NCBI GenBank assembly: GCA_034722055.1
Contig: JAYENL010000038.1
Span: 1-23,576 of the forward strand
DNA: 23,576 bases
Reading direction: 5' to 3'
Source: Armatimonadota bacterium
GTDB lineage: Bacteria > Armatimonadota > Zipacnadia > Zipacnadales > UBA5352
In this document: one piece after another, positions 9,174 through 18,230 of the stretch
How positions within the stretch are numbered: position 1 is the stretch's first letter
Layout: each line of letters starts with the position of its first letter
Notes under the pieces: generated by a model
Seen by the model: the letters and a program-made list of their open reading frames with translations, nothing else
The model's database searches: none
What the model was told of the DNA's origin: nothing
Translations under genes and position numbers: made by a program

Positions 9174-12100
9174 TCACTCCGTCCAGAAGGAGTAGAGCTT
9201 CGCCCCCTGCAGGTGGAAGCGAAGGCGAACCGGCCGGTCGTGCTGCTCGCCCAGCTCCCGGTCCTGCTTCCAGCGCACGGTGTGATCCAGCGCGTCCTCC
9301 ATGGTCAGTGCCACGCAGTCCTCGCGGCTGAAGCCGGGGAGGGCCTCGCCGTCTGCATTGAGGACCTCCACCACCACGCTCCCCGGCCGGGCACGGGCGT
9401 TGAGGTGCAGGTGGTCTCCCGTCAGCAGCAGCGGAGCGGTGGTGACCGAGCCCTTCTCGTTCTGAGCGTCCATGGAGACGAAGCCGTCCGGCCGGAGGAA
9501 GGCCAGGCCGACGCTGCCGATGTGCCCGAAGGGCGGATCGGCCCAGTGGAGCGTCTGGCGCCCCTGGTAGAAGATGTAAAGCCGGTCGCCGATCCTGATG
9601 GGCGGGTTGTGGGAGGGCGTAACCCAGGCCTGGTCCCAGCGTCCCGGCGGGCCCAAGTCCAGGAAGGTCTGCCGGTCGCACGCCCGCCGCCACTCGCGAC
9701 CGTCGCGGCTGTAGACAAGCTGAGTGTAGAGGGTCCGCTGCGGGACGAAGAACATCTCCAGGAAGCCCAGCCGCAGACCCGCGTAGCGGAACTGGATCAT
9801 GCCGTAAAGCTGCGTCTCCTCCGGATCGCGCTCGTCAGGCGCCACGATCTCGCCGACGTGGTCGAAGTGCTCGCCGTCCTCGCTGGTCCACAGCCCGCAG
9901 GTGCGCATGCCGCGCCCGGGAATGCGGGTGATGACCTCGAAGCGGCCCGTCTCCGGATCGCGGTAGGCAGTGTTGCGGTCGCCAGCCTCCACCACGACGT
10001 CCGGGCTTCTCGTCCAGTGCAGGCCGTCGGGGGACGTGGCGGTCCGGATACCGCCATCCGCGCCGCTGTGCCAGTACATGCGGTAGCGCTGCTGAGGCGG
10101 CGCGTCCGGGACCCGCAGGACCGTCGGCGCGTCCAGGGTGGACTCGCCCGGCGCCAGCACGATGTTGTTGTCCGTCGAGCCCCGGAACTCTACCAGCCCC
10201 AGCTCCGGCTTCTCCCAGGTGACGCCGTCCTCGGACTCGGCGTAGCAGACCAACGTTCGCTCATGAGGCTCAGCGAACTTGCGGTAGGCCTCGTACCACA
10301 CCCGGAAGAGCTGGCGGTCCTCGTCGTACAGCACCGAGCCCCAGGTGATGACGCAGTTGCCCTCCCAGGGCCGGTCCCAGGTCAGCACGGGGTTCTCGTG
10401 ATGACGCACCGGCTGGTTGACGACGCGCTCCAGGCCGTTGACTGAGGCGATGAGGCCGTCGTCGATGAAGAGCTGGTGGGTCTCGTCCACGCGCCGGGGC
10501 GCCAGGTCAGTGCCGAGCATCGCTTCCTCATCCTCCCCATGATATCGCACGGTCCGCCAGACGCGCAGGGAGTCGATGCGACCGGCGAAGGTGGAGTCGC
10601 CGATGTGCGTGCATCCACCCACCGCCAGCGGATCTGCCGTCACGTCCAGCGTGCCCTGACGGGACAGGCTCTCGACCAGATCGCCGTCAACGAAGAACCG
10701 CAGGCGCCGGCCGTCGAAGGTGACCGCCACGTGTGACCACTGATCCAGCGGGATAAGCGTGTTGCCCAGCCATCCTGGCCCCCAGCTTCCCCCGCAGGAG
10801 ACAGCGCACTTGAGACGGCCGTCGAGCAGGCCGATCTCCCACACGTGCTCCTTGGTGGCGATGATGGCGTGGGCCTTGGCGGCCGTGGGATACACCCAGG
10901 CCTCCACCGTGAAGCTGTTGTCGGGGAAGCGCAGGCTCTCCGAGTCCGGCGCCAGCAGGCAGTCGCCGGTGCCCGGCATCTCGATGGCGGAGCCCTCGCG
11001 GCCCTCAGCGCCGCGGGCCGGGCCACTCGGAGGGACGAAGAGGTCGTTGCCGTGGCCGGTGAGGTCGAAGGCGAACCGCCCCCCGCTCTCCTCGAAGTCC
11101 CAGGCCGCGACCAGGCCCTCCACATCCGCGTACTGCCCGCCCCACTGCGCCAGCGCGGCCTGGCGCTGCTCCCGGGTGGGCCTTGTGATGGCCAGCGGCC
11201 CCTCCACGCTCTCCCTCAGCTTCGCCCGCAGCGTGGGGAGATAGGACTCCCCGTAGGTGACGGAGGCGTCGCCCTCATAGAACCACTCCAGCGGCAGCAC
11301 CTGCAGCCGCCAGTTGTAGGCGTTCTTGCGGGAGAATGACTTGCTGTAGGTGACGACGGCCCGGTCGCGCCAGAAGGCCACATTCGCCATGGTGATCTTG
11401 CCGCCGAAGTCCTCCGCGCCATCCAGGTGGCGAAGGTGGGTGAAGTTCCGACCGTCGTCGCGTGAGATGGCGGCGCTGATGAAGTTCCTCGGCCACGGCC
11501 CGTCGATCTGCTCCACGGGCGCCCAGTTCCAGATGAGGAGGATGTCCCCGGTGGGCATCCGCTTGATGGTGGGCATGGCACCGGGCGAGGGGATGCCGGA
11601 GCTCTCCGGCTCGCTCCAGGTCTCGCCACCGTCGTTGGAGAACGAGCGGTAGATGGACCCCAGGTAGGTGCGCATGAACATCATCAGCCGGCCGTCCTCG
11701 AGCTCAACGATCATCGGCTCCTCGGCGGCCGGATCGGTCTTGCGGCCGGTGGAGCCCTCGGGGGTGGTGATGAGCTCGCTCTTGTGCCAGGTCCGGCCCT
11801 CATCATCGGACCACATGCAGTAGGCGTGGGTGGATCCCAGCGCGTCAGTGCTGACCCAGCACGGGGCCACGATGCGGCCGGACGAGAGCCGCAGGGCCCG
11901 GTCGTTCGCCAGCCCGCCGTAGCCCTCGTAGGGCAGCCGCTGCAGCTCGCCCCAGGTGCGCCCGTTGTCCGTGGATCGCTTCACCCACGGCCCGCAGTCG
12001 TGGATGCTGTTCTTGACGTTGACGAAGAGCAGGATGTCGCCATTGCCCAGCCGCAACAGCGACGGGGCCATGGTATTCTCCTGGAGACCGCCTTGCGGTC

Positions 12101-12413
12101 TCACCACGTTCTCCTGGAGCACGACCGCCTGGTCGAGGCCGGTCCAGGTGAGTCCGCCGTCGCGGGAGTGAAATCCCAGGATGCGGGCTTCGGTGTTGTC
12201 GTGGCCGCCCTCGCCGAAGACCGTCACCGCCATCAGCAGATGCCCGCTGTCGTCCAGCACAACGGTGGAGCCCTCGGACCATCGGTAGGTGTCCCGGTCG
12301 GACTCGAAGAGCGTGGTGTCAGCCAGCTTCTCGGCGCCGCCTGCTGCGCTTCCGAGCAGGCCTGCCGCCAGCAGCGCGCACGCGCATGCCTGTAGGGTCA
12401 TCTCCAGACTCAT
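9174..12413 (-). CDS. Secreted multidomain protein: BNR/Asp-box sialidase-like propeller + LamG/ConA domain + GH32/43/130-like five-bladed propeller
   Basis: RBS GGAGG before ATG 12413 and a hydrophobic signal peptide. Five Asp-boxes (SRDGGLTW, STDNGRTW, SDDEGRTW, SNDGGETW, SRDDGRNF). LamG motifs FTVEAWV and WSHVAVTFDG..LRFFVDG. C-terminal QLFIDD, NPVL..DRPWE, YAESEDGVTW and LRPDGFVS. Confidence 0.85.
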   Translation of the reverse strand: MSLEMTLQACACALLAAGLLGSAAGGAEKLADTTLFESDRDTYRWSEGSTVVLDDSGHLLMAVTVFGEGGHDNTEARILGFHSRDGGLTWTGLDQAVVLQENVVRPQGGLQENTMAPSLLRLGNGDILLFVNVKNSIHDCGPWVKRSTDNGRTWGELQRLPYEGYGGLANDRALRLSSGRIVAPCWVSTDALGSTHAYCMWSDDEGRTWHKSELITTPEGSTGRKTDPAAEEPMIVELEDGRLMMFMRTYLGSIYRSFSNDGGETWSEPESSGIPSPGAMPTIKRMPTGDILLIWNWAPVEQIDGPWPRNFISAAISRDDGRNFTHLRHLDGAEDFGGKITMANVAFWRDRAVVTYSKSFSRKNAYNWRLQVLPLEWFYEGDASVTYGESYLPTLRAKLRESVEGPLAITRPTREQRQAALAQWGGQYADVEGLVAAWDFEESGGRFAFDLTGHGNDLFVPPSGPARGAEGREGSAIEMPGTGDCLLAPDSESLRFPDNSFTVEAWVYPTAAKAHAIIATKEHVWEIGLLDGRLKCAVSCGGSWGPGWLGNTLIPLDQWSHVAVTFDGRRLRFFVDGDLVESLSRQGTLDVTADPLAVGGCTHIGDSTFAGRIDSLRVWRTVRYHGEDEEAMLGTDLAPRRVDETHQLFIDDGLIASVNGLERVVNQPVRHHENPVLTWDRPWEGNCVITWGSVLYDEDRQLFRVWYEAYRKFAEPHERTLVCYAESEDGVTWEKPELGLVEFRGSTDNNIVLAPGESTLDAPTVLRVPDAPPQQRYRMYWHSGADGGIRTATSPDGLHWTRSPDVVVEAGDRNTAYRDPETGRFEVITRIPGRGMRTCGLWTSEDGEHFDHVGEIVAPDERDPEETQLYGMIQFRYAGLRLGFLEMFFVPQRTLYTQLVYSRDGREWRRACDRQTFLDLGPPGRWDQAWVTPSHNPPIRIGDRLYIFYQGRQTLHWADPPFGHIGSVGLAFLRPDGFVSMDAQNEKGSVTTAPLLLTGDHLHLNARARPGSVVVEVLNADGEALPGFSREDCVALTMEDALDHTVRWKQDRELGEQHDRPVRLRFHLQGAKLYSFWTE

Positions 12414-12476
12414 CGGCGGCCTCCAGGAGAGCTTCGGCGGGCAGGCGGCGATCATCGACGGGGACCGCTCGGGCGC

Positions 12477-13418
12477 TCAGTAGGCGCCCAGCTCGTCGGC
12501 GCGCTCGTGCATGTCCCTCAGCGTGGCGGGCACCAGCTCGAGATCGAGCATCTCCGCCAGCGCGCGGGCCACGTCAATCGCAGTCTCCACCGCCTCGCGC
12601 CTGGGGTGCGCGATATCGGTGACATCCCAGGTGTTGTGCGTTGGCACGTGCACGTAGAGGATGGGGTGGTCGCGCCGCATCATGTCACGCACGCTGGCCT
12701 CGGCGATCGCCATGGCGTCGTCGAAGACGCGCTCGCGCTCCGCGCGCAGATCATCGACCATCCACACGCCCGGGGAGACCTCCTGCGGGACGAGCGTCCG
12801 GGTGAGGGTGAACTCGTAGAGGGGGAGCTCGCCGCACACCAGCCGCGACTTGCTGCTGGCGTGATGCGAGTGCGGGAAGGCGCCCCACCACATCTGCCCC
12901 GCTGCCGGGTTGTAGCGCCCCGGCGCCGAGCAGTAGCTCTGCCGGAAGCCCAGCTCAGCGAGGATCGGGAAGGTGTAGTCGTTCGCCTGCGCGCAGCACG
13001 CCCCGAAGTCCTCGACAGGCATGCCCAGCGCCTGCTCCCACTCATCCTTTGCGGTGGCGATGACGGCCTTCTGCTCCTCGTAGTCGTAGTCGGTCAGCGG
13101 CCGCTCCCAGTCGAAGTCCTCGGTCGCGCCTGCGGGCCGGTAGCCGCGCACCTGAAAGTGCAACGCCTGCCACGCGCCCAGGTCGGCCATCTCGCGGAAC
13201 AGGGCCGACTGCCGCCGCGCCACCTCCGGCTCGGAGCAGAAGCCGAGGGCGTGGATCAGGTCGCGCTCGGCGAAGACCTCGGCCAGCCCGTGAACGGCCC
13301 TCTCGGCGACCTCCCACGTCTGGTCCTTCCCGCCGCCGGGCTTCTGCGGCGTCTGGCAGTCCATGAAGTAGCAGAAGTAGAGGTGCTCGCGGTCCTGCTG
13401 GCAGGGCTGTGGCTGCAT
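12477..13418 (-). CDS. Polysaccharide deacetylase-like (NodB fold) protein
   Basis: 313 aa from ATG 13418. MDC near the N-terminus, ALHFQ, a helix EQKAVI..AK..WEQALG, then T..ILAELGF and a C-terminal THN. This matches the CE4-like layout. Confidence 0.6.
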   Translation of the reverse strand: MQPQPCQQDREHLYFCYFMDCQTPQKPGGGKDQTWEVAERAVHGLAEVFAERDLIHALGFCSEPEVARRQSALFREMADLGAWQALHFQVRGYRPAGATEDFDWERPLTDYDYEEQKAVIATAKDEWEQALGMPVEDFGACCAQANDYTFPILAELGFRQSYCSAPGRYNPAAGQMWWGAFPHSHHASSKSRLVCGELPLYEFTLTRTLVPQEVSPGVWMVDDLRAERERVFDDAMAIAEASVRDMMRRDHPILYVHVPTHNTWDVTDIAHPRREAVETAIDVARALAEMLDLELVPATLRDMHERADELGAY

Positions 13419-13443
13419 GGTGGCGTGCTGCCTCGCTCTCGCG

Positions 13444-14556
13444 CTACCATCTGGGCCGGGCGTAGGCGACCTCAAGGCGGCTGACGATTCCGGGCCTGCT
13501 CTGGCGGTTCACCGCCCGGCACTCCAGCACGTTGACGCCCTCGCGCATTGGCCAGTCGAAGGTCTCGTCCCGGCGCTGCCACTCGCCGCCGTCCACGCGC
13601 ACCTCATAGTGGTCGAACCACGGCGTGCAGTGCTCCAGGGTCATCGCCAGCGCGGCCCCATCCTCATCCCACGAGGGCTGTGCTGTCATCCGGACCATGT
13701 TCAGCGACCAGTACATGTCCGGCAGGTGCGAGGTGAAGCGCGCCTTGCCCGCGGGCTCGAAGTGGCGCACGAAGGTGGGCAGGCACCACTCGTCCACCCA
13801 CTCCCAGCCGTTGATGCGCACGCGCCCGTAGTAGTCGATGGCGCGATTGCGCGTGAAGCGCCTGCAGTAGGCCGCAGCCCGGTGGTCGTCATGGATGCCG
13901 TAGTCGGGGAAGATCTCGTTGAGCAGCTCCACCGTGCGGCCGCTGGGCACCACGAAAGCCGGCTCGTCCTGGATCATCTCAACCGCGTCCGCCTCGCCAC
14001 TGAACCAGGCCTCGCGGACCTCCAGCGCGCTGAGCGGAACGCCATCGCCCTCGTAATGCACGTTCAGGTCCGGGTCCACGACGATCCACTTCTCGTGCTC
14101 GTTGGACCACGCCTCGGGGACGCTGTGGCCCACGTTCCCCACGCGATGGTCCCGGGGGAAGCTGCAGTCGGCGAGGCCGATGCTGATCTTGCGGGCCGGC
14201 CAGCCCAGCGCGGTCGCGCAGGCGACGAACACCGTGGCGTAGAACCCGCAGGTGAACTGCTCGCCACGCTGGGCCTCACGGAGGATGTCGAGGGCGTCCT
14301 GCACGGTGTCGAAGCTGTGGGACCAGCCGTGATCCCAGCGGCTCCGCACCCAGCGCTTGAGCGCCAGCAGGGCCTCGAACTCGGACTCGCACTCCGCGAC
14401 GACGTCATCGAGCGCGAACTCCTCGCGAATCTGCGCGATGCGCTCGTCGTCGGGGTCGCCATAGTCCATCTGGCGCCAGTCGCCGACGAAGTCCCTGACA
14501 TCGTAGGAGATGACGTCGAACTCGCCCGGCACCTGCAGCTTCGAGTCGTCGATCAC
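13444..14556 (-). CDS. Transglutaminase-like domain protein
   Basis: Catalytic triad motifs FTCGFYA (Cys), GHSVPEAW (His) and WIVVDPD (Asp). C-terminal beta-sandwich GVNVLECRAVN. No signal peptide. Confidence 0.8.
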   Translation of the reverse strand: MIDDSKLQVPGEFDVISYDVRDFVGDWRQMDYGDPDDERIAQIREEFALDDVVAECESEFEALLALKRWVRSRWDHGWSHSFDTVQDALDILREAQRGEQFTCGFYATVFVACATALGWPARKISIGLADCSFPRDHRVGNVGHSVPEAWSNEHEKWIVVDPDLNVHYEGDGVPLSALEVREAWFSGEADAVEMIQDEPAFVVPSGRTVELLNEIFPDYGIHDDHRAAAYCRRFTRNRAIDYYGRVRINGWEWVDEWCLPTFVRHFEPAGKARFTSHLPDMYWSLNMVRMTAQPSWDEDGAALAMTLEHCTPWFDHYEVRVDGGEWQRRDETFDWPMREGVNVLECRAVNRQSRPGIVSRLEVAYARPRW

Positions 14557-14590
14557 GGCTAACCACCCCAGGGCTGGGACTCGGATGCGC

Positions 14591-15580
14591 TCAGGCCTCC
14601 TCCCACCGCCCGCTCTGGGCGCTGCGGTAGGCGGCGTCGATGATGCGGGTAGCCTGCATGCCGTCCACGCCGTCGAACTCCGGCGGCTCGCCCGCGCTCA
14701 CGCGCTCGGCAAAGGAGGCCACCAGCGGCAGGTGCACGTTGTGCGCCTTGGGCTCCAGGTCGATGGGCGTCTCGCCGCCGGGGCCGCGCAGAGTCAGCGC
14801 CTTGCCGTCGAAGGGCGTGGCGATCAGCGAGCCCTCGGTGCCGTGGATCTCCATCACATCCGAGCCCAGCGGCAGGTTCCACTGGCAGGCGCAGGTGAGG
14901 TGGCAGCCATCGGCCATCTCGCAGATCAGCGTCTCGGTGTCGGGGACGGCGTAGTCCATCGCCAGGTGACCGGTCAGGCCCGCCACGCGCGCCGGCTCGC
15001 CCAGCCAGTAGCAGACGAGGTCCAGGCGGTGGCTGCCCACGTCCATCAGCGCTCCTCCGCCGGCCTGCTCCGTGACCCGCCAGTGCTTCCAGTCATCCTC
15101 CGCCGGATCGTAGCGGCCGCCGATCATCACGCGGGCTCGCACCGGTCTGCCGATGGCGCCCTCGTCGATGAGCTCCTTGATCCTGCGGGACTTGGGATAC
15201 CAGCGGCGGTAGTAGGAGACGGCCAGCTCCACGCCGTTGTCGCGGCAGGCGTCGATCATGCGCCGGCCCTGTGCCACGTCCAGCGCCATGGGCTTCTCGC
15301 ACAGCACGTGCTTGCCGGCCTCCGCCGCGGCGGCGGTCTCCGCCAGATGCCGGCTCGGGGGGCTGGCGACGTAGACCGCCTGAACCTCGTCATCGGCCAC
15401 CACCGCCGCCAGGTCTGAGTAGGCCCGGCGGGCGCCGAAGCGCTGCGCCATCTCCTCTGCGCGCTCGGGTGTGTGGGAGAACAGGGCCACCAGCTCGCTG
15501 CCGGGGTCCTCCACCATGGCCGGCGCCACGCGCTTGTTGGCGATGTCGCCGCATCCGACGATGGCCCACTGCAGGGGCAT
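14591..15580 (-). CDS. Gfo/Idh/MocA family NAD(P)-dependent oxidoreductase
   Basis: WAIVGCGDIA Rossmann motif, AGKHVLCEKPMA and GGGALMDVGSH..D. RBS GAGGTG overlaps the upstream stop codon. Confidence 0.92.
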   Translation of the reverse strand: MPLQWAIVGCGDIANKRVAPAMVEDPGSELVALFSHTPERAEEMAQRFGARRAYSDLAAVVADDEVQAVYVASPPSRHLAETAAAAEAGKHVLCEKPMALDVAQGRRMIDACRDNGVELAVSYYRRWYPKSRRIKELIDEGAIGRPVRARVMIGGRYDPAEDDWKHWRVTEQAGGGALMDVGSHRLDLVCYWLGEPARVAGLTGHLAMDYAVPDTETLICEMADGCHLTCACQWNLPLGSDVMEIHGTEGSLIATPFDGKALTLRGPGGETPIDLEPKAHNVHLPLVASFAERVSAGEPPEFDGVDGMQATRIIDAAYRSAQSGRWEEA

Positions 15581-15589
15581 GCTCTCACC

Positions 15590-16774
15590 TCATTGCCGGC
15601 TCGACTTTACGGTCTCGACGCCCTCCGCCATGGCGTCGGCGATGTACTGCAGGTCCTCATCGGTCATGAGCGGGTGCAGGCTGAGGCAGAAGAGCCGCTC
15701 GCCGGTGAGATCGCTGATGGGCACATCCTCGGGCCCCCAGCCCAGGTCCGCGATGAGCGTGTCCTGCCGGTAGGTGGCGTTGTTCATCACCACCGTGCCC
15801 ACGCCGCGCTCGGCCTGCAGCCAGTCCATGAGCTGCTGGCGCCCATCGCCGGCCCACTCCTCGGGCACCATGATGGTGTATCCGTAGTAGACGTGGTAGC
15901 AGCCCTCCGGCTCGGTGGGCAGCGTCAGCTCCGGGATGCCGCCAAGCAGCTCCGTCAGGCGGTGGGCGCGGTCGCGCCGGCGCTCGTTCATCTCGTCCAG
16001 CCGCCGAAGCTGCACCAGCCCCACGGCCGCCTGCGGGCGAGTCATGCGGTAGTTCGTGCCCCAGTGGCCCTGAGCCTGACCGAAGGCCCGGATCTGGCGC
16101 GCCCGCTCGGCGACCTCCCCGTCGTCGGTCGTGAGCATACCGCCTTCGCCGAGGGTGGTCATGTTCTTGGAGGTCTGGAAGCTGAAGATGTTCATCCAGC
16201 CCAGCTTGCCGACCTTCGTCCCCTTGTAGCCTGCTCCGCAGCCGCGGGCGGCGTCGCCGATGACCCTGGGCGGACCGTGCTCCGGATGCGGATTCGCCTC
16301 CGCGATCTCCATCAGCTCATCCATGAAGGCCGAGAGGCCGTTGTTATGCACCGCCATGATGGCGCGGGTGTTGTCCGTCATCCGCGCCTCGACGTCGGCG
16401 GGATCGAGGTTGAAGGTCGCCGGGTCGATCTCGCACATCACCAGCTTCGCGCCCTGTCCGATGATGGCGTGGTGGGTGGCGCGGAAGGTGATGGCGGGGC
16501 TGATGACCTCGTCGCCCGGCTCCAGGTCCAGGCACATCATGCTCAGATCCAGCCCCGTCCCGCAGGAGTTGAGCGCCACGGCGTGCTCCACGCCGATGTA
16601 CTCCGCGAAGGCCTCCTCGAACTGCGCGATCTCGGGGCCGGAGAAGCCCGTGCGCCAGTCCATGGAGTCCCGCACGCACGCCACCAGCGCGTCGATCTCC
16701 TCGTCGGTGAACCACCCGCCCAGCGGGGGAAGTCCGGGATAGGGACGTCGCGGGGTGTCGCCCTGGTCAGACAT
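15590..16774 (-). CDS. DegT/DnrJ/EryC1/StrS family PLP sugar aminotransferase
   Basis: FEEAFAEYIG...NSCGTGL, PGDEVI, DAA, FSFQTSKNMTTLGEGG (Schiff-base Lys), GTNYRM and QLRRLD. Confidence 0.92.
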   Translation of the reverse strand: MSDQGDTPRRPYPGLPPLGGWFTDEEIDALVACVRDSMDWRTGFSGPEIAQFEEAFAEYIGVEHAVALNSCGTGLDLSMMCLDLEPGDEVISPAITFRATHHAIIGQGAKLVMCEIDPATFNLDPADVEARMTDNTRAIMAVHNNGLSAFMDELMEIAEANPHPEHGPPRVIGDAARGCGAGYKGTKVGKLGWMNIFSFQTSKNMTTLGEGGMLTTDDGEVAERARQIRAFGQAQGHWGTNYRMTRPQAAVGLVQLRRLDEMNERRRDRAHRLTELLGGIPELTLPTEPEGCYHVYYGYTIMVPEEWAGDGRQQLMDWLQAERGVGTVVMNNATYRQDTLIADLGWGPEDVPISDLTGERLFCLSLHPLMTDEDLQYIADAMAEGVETVKSSRQ

Positions 16775-16850
16775 GCCTCACCACTCCCTGGTGATCTGCC
16801 GGTGGTGGGCCAGTTTCGTCCGGGCCTGGCTGCGGACCTTCCCGGGCGAC

Positions 16851-18182
16851 CTACCGCACGATGCGGGGCAGATCGTCGCCGCGCCTGTCCGCCTCCAGGT
16901 AGGCGCTGGCATCGCCCTCATCAAGGGCCTGACGGACCACCGCCAGCGCGCCGTCGGCGGCATCCAGGAAGGCCTGGATGTCCTCGGGGCTGTGCTGGTA
17001 GCAGATGTAGTTGACGGTGCAGGCCAGGACGCGGCCCCGATACATCTCCTGCAGGTAGAGGGTCATGATGTCCTTGCTGAGATCCCCCGGGCAGTCGAAG
17101 TGCGGATGCGTGCAGGGCGGTGGCCCCAGGAGGGCGGCGGGCACTGAGTGCCTCTCCGCCAGCTCGGCGAAGCCGTCGATGAGCATCCGTCCCATCTCGC
17201 GGATGTGCTCGAGCGCGTTGGTGTCGCGCAGCTCCCGGATGGTCGCCAGCGCCGCCGCCATCCCGGCGGCGTCGCTGTAATAGGTGCTGGAGATGAACAT
17301 GGTGGCGGCGTCCTGCATGACCTCGCGCCTGCCGCAGACGGCGGCGATGGGGTGGCCGTTGGACATGGCCTTCCCGTAGGTCGCCATGTCCGGGATCACG
17401 CCGTACATCTCCTGGGCTCCGCCCAACGCCAGCCGGAAGCCCGTAATGACCTCGTCGAAGATCAGCACCGCCCCGTGCGCGTCGGCCTGCTCCCGCACCC
17501 TCTCCAGGAACCCCGGCTGGGGCAGGTCGGTCCGGGAAGGCTCCATGATGATGGCGGCCACGTCGCCTCGGTTGGCCTCCAGCGCCGACCGCAGCGAGTC
17601 CAGGTCATTGTACTCGAAGGGGACGGCGGTGCCCCGCAGCGCGCGCGGCACGCCGCGGATGTCCAGACCCGGCAGCAGATGCCCGTCGAGCGTCTCATCG
17701 TCGCCCAGGTTCGCCGACAGGTACCAATCGTGCCAGCCGTGGTAGCCGCAGAAGACCACCTTGTCGCGGCCGGTGTGCCCGCGGGCGATGCGCACCGCCA
17801 TCTCGTCGGCCGTGCCCCCGGCCTTGCAGAAGCGTACCATCTCCGCGCAGGGGACGATCTCGACGAGGAGCTCCGCCAGCTCCGCCTCCAGCGGGTGGTT
17901 GACCGAAAAGGCGCTGCCCTTCCGGACCTGCTCGACCACCGCCTCGGTGACGCGGTCGTAGGCGTGCCCCAGGATGACCGGCCCCACGCCGCAGAGGAAG
18001 TCGATGTACTCGTTGCCGTCCAGGTCCCAGACGCGCGTCCCCTTGGCGCGGGTAACGTAGGGCGGGCAGACGCCCGGCGCGAAGCGCTCCGGCCGGCGGC
18101 TGAAGAGCTGCGTGCCGCCGGGGATGATCTGCAGGGCGCGGTCGTACAGCTCAAGCGATCGGGTGATGTCGGGAAGCTCCAC
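16851..18182 (-). CDS. Class III PLP aminotransferase (glutamate-1-semialdehyde aminomutase-like)
   Basis: RBS GGAGGAGAG before GTG. Motifs DLDGNEYID, GPVILGH, GYHGWHDW, FDEVITGFR and YGKAMSNG. No heme-pathway genes nearby, so hemL is not assigned. Confidence 0.9.
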   Translation of the reverse strand: MELPDITRSLELYDRALQIIPGGTQLFSRRPERFAPGVCPPYVTRAKGTRVWDLDGNEYIDFLCGVGPVILGHAYDRVTEAVVEQVRKGSAFSVNHPLEAELAELLVEIVPCAEMVRFCKAGGTADEMAVRIARGHTGRDKVVFCGYHGWHDWYLSANLGDDETLDGHLLPGLDIRGVPRALRGTAVPFEYNDLDSLRSALEANRGDVAAIIMEPSRTDLPQPGFLERVREQADAHGAVLIFDEVITGFRLALGGAQEMYGVIPDMATYGKAMSNGHPIAAVCGRREVMQDAATMFISSTYYSDAAGMAAALATIRELRDTNALEHIREMGRMLIDGFAELAERHSVPAALLGPPPCTHPHFDCPGDLSKDIMTLYLQEMYRGRVLACTVNYICYQHSPEDIQAFLDAADGALAVVRQALDEGDASAYLEADRRGDDLPRIVR

Positions 18183-18230
18183 GCTGCTCTCCTCCGTGCG
18201 GCCCTGCTGGGCGGGTCGGCGCGAGTGCCT

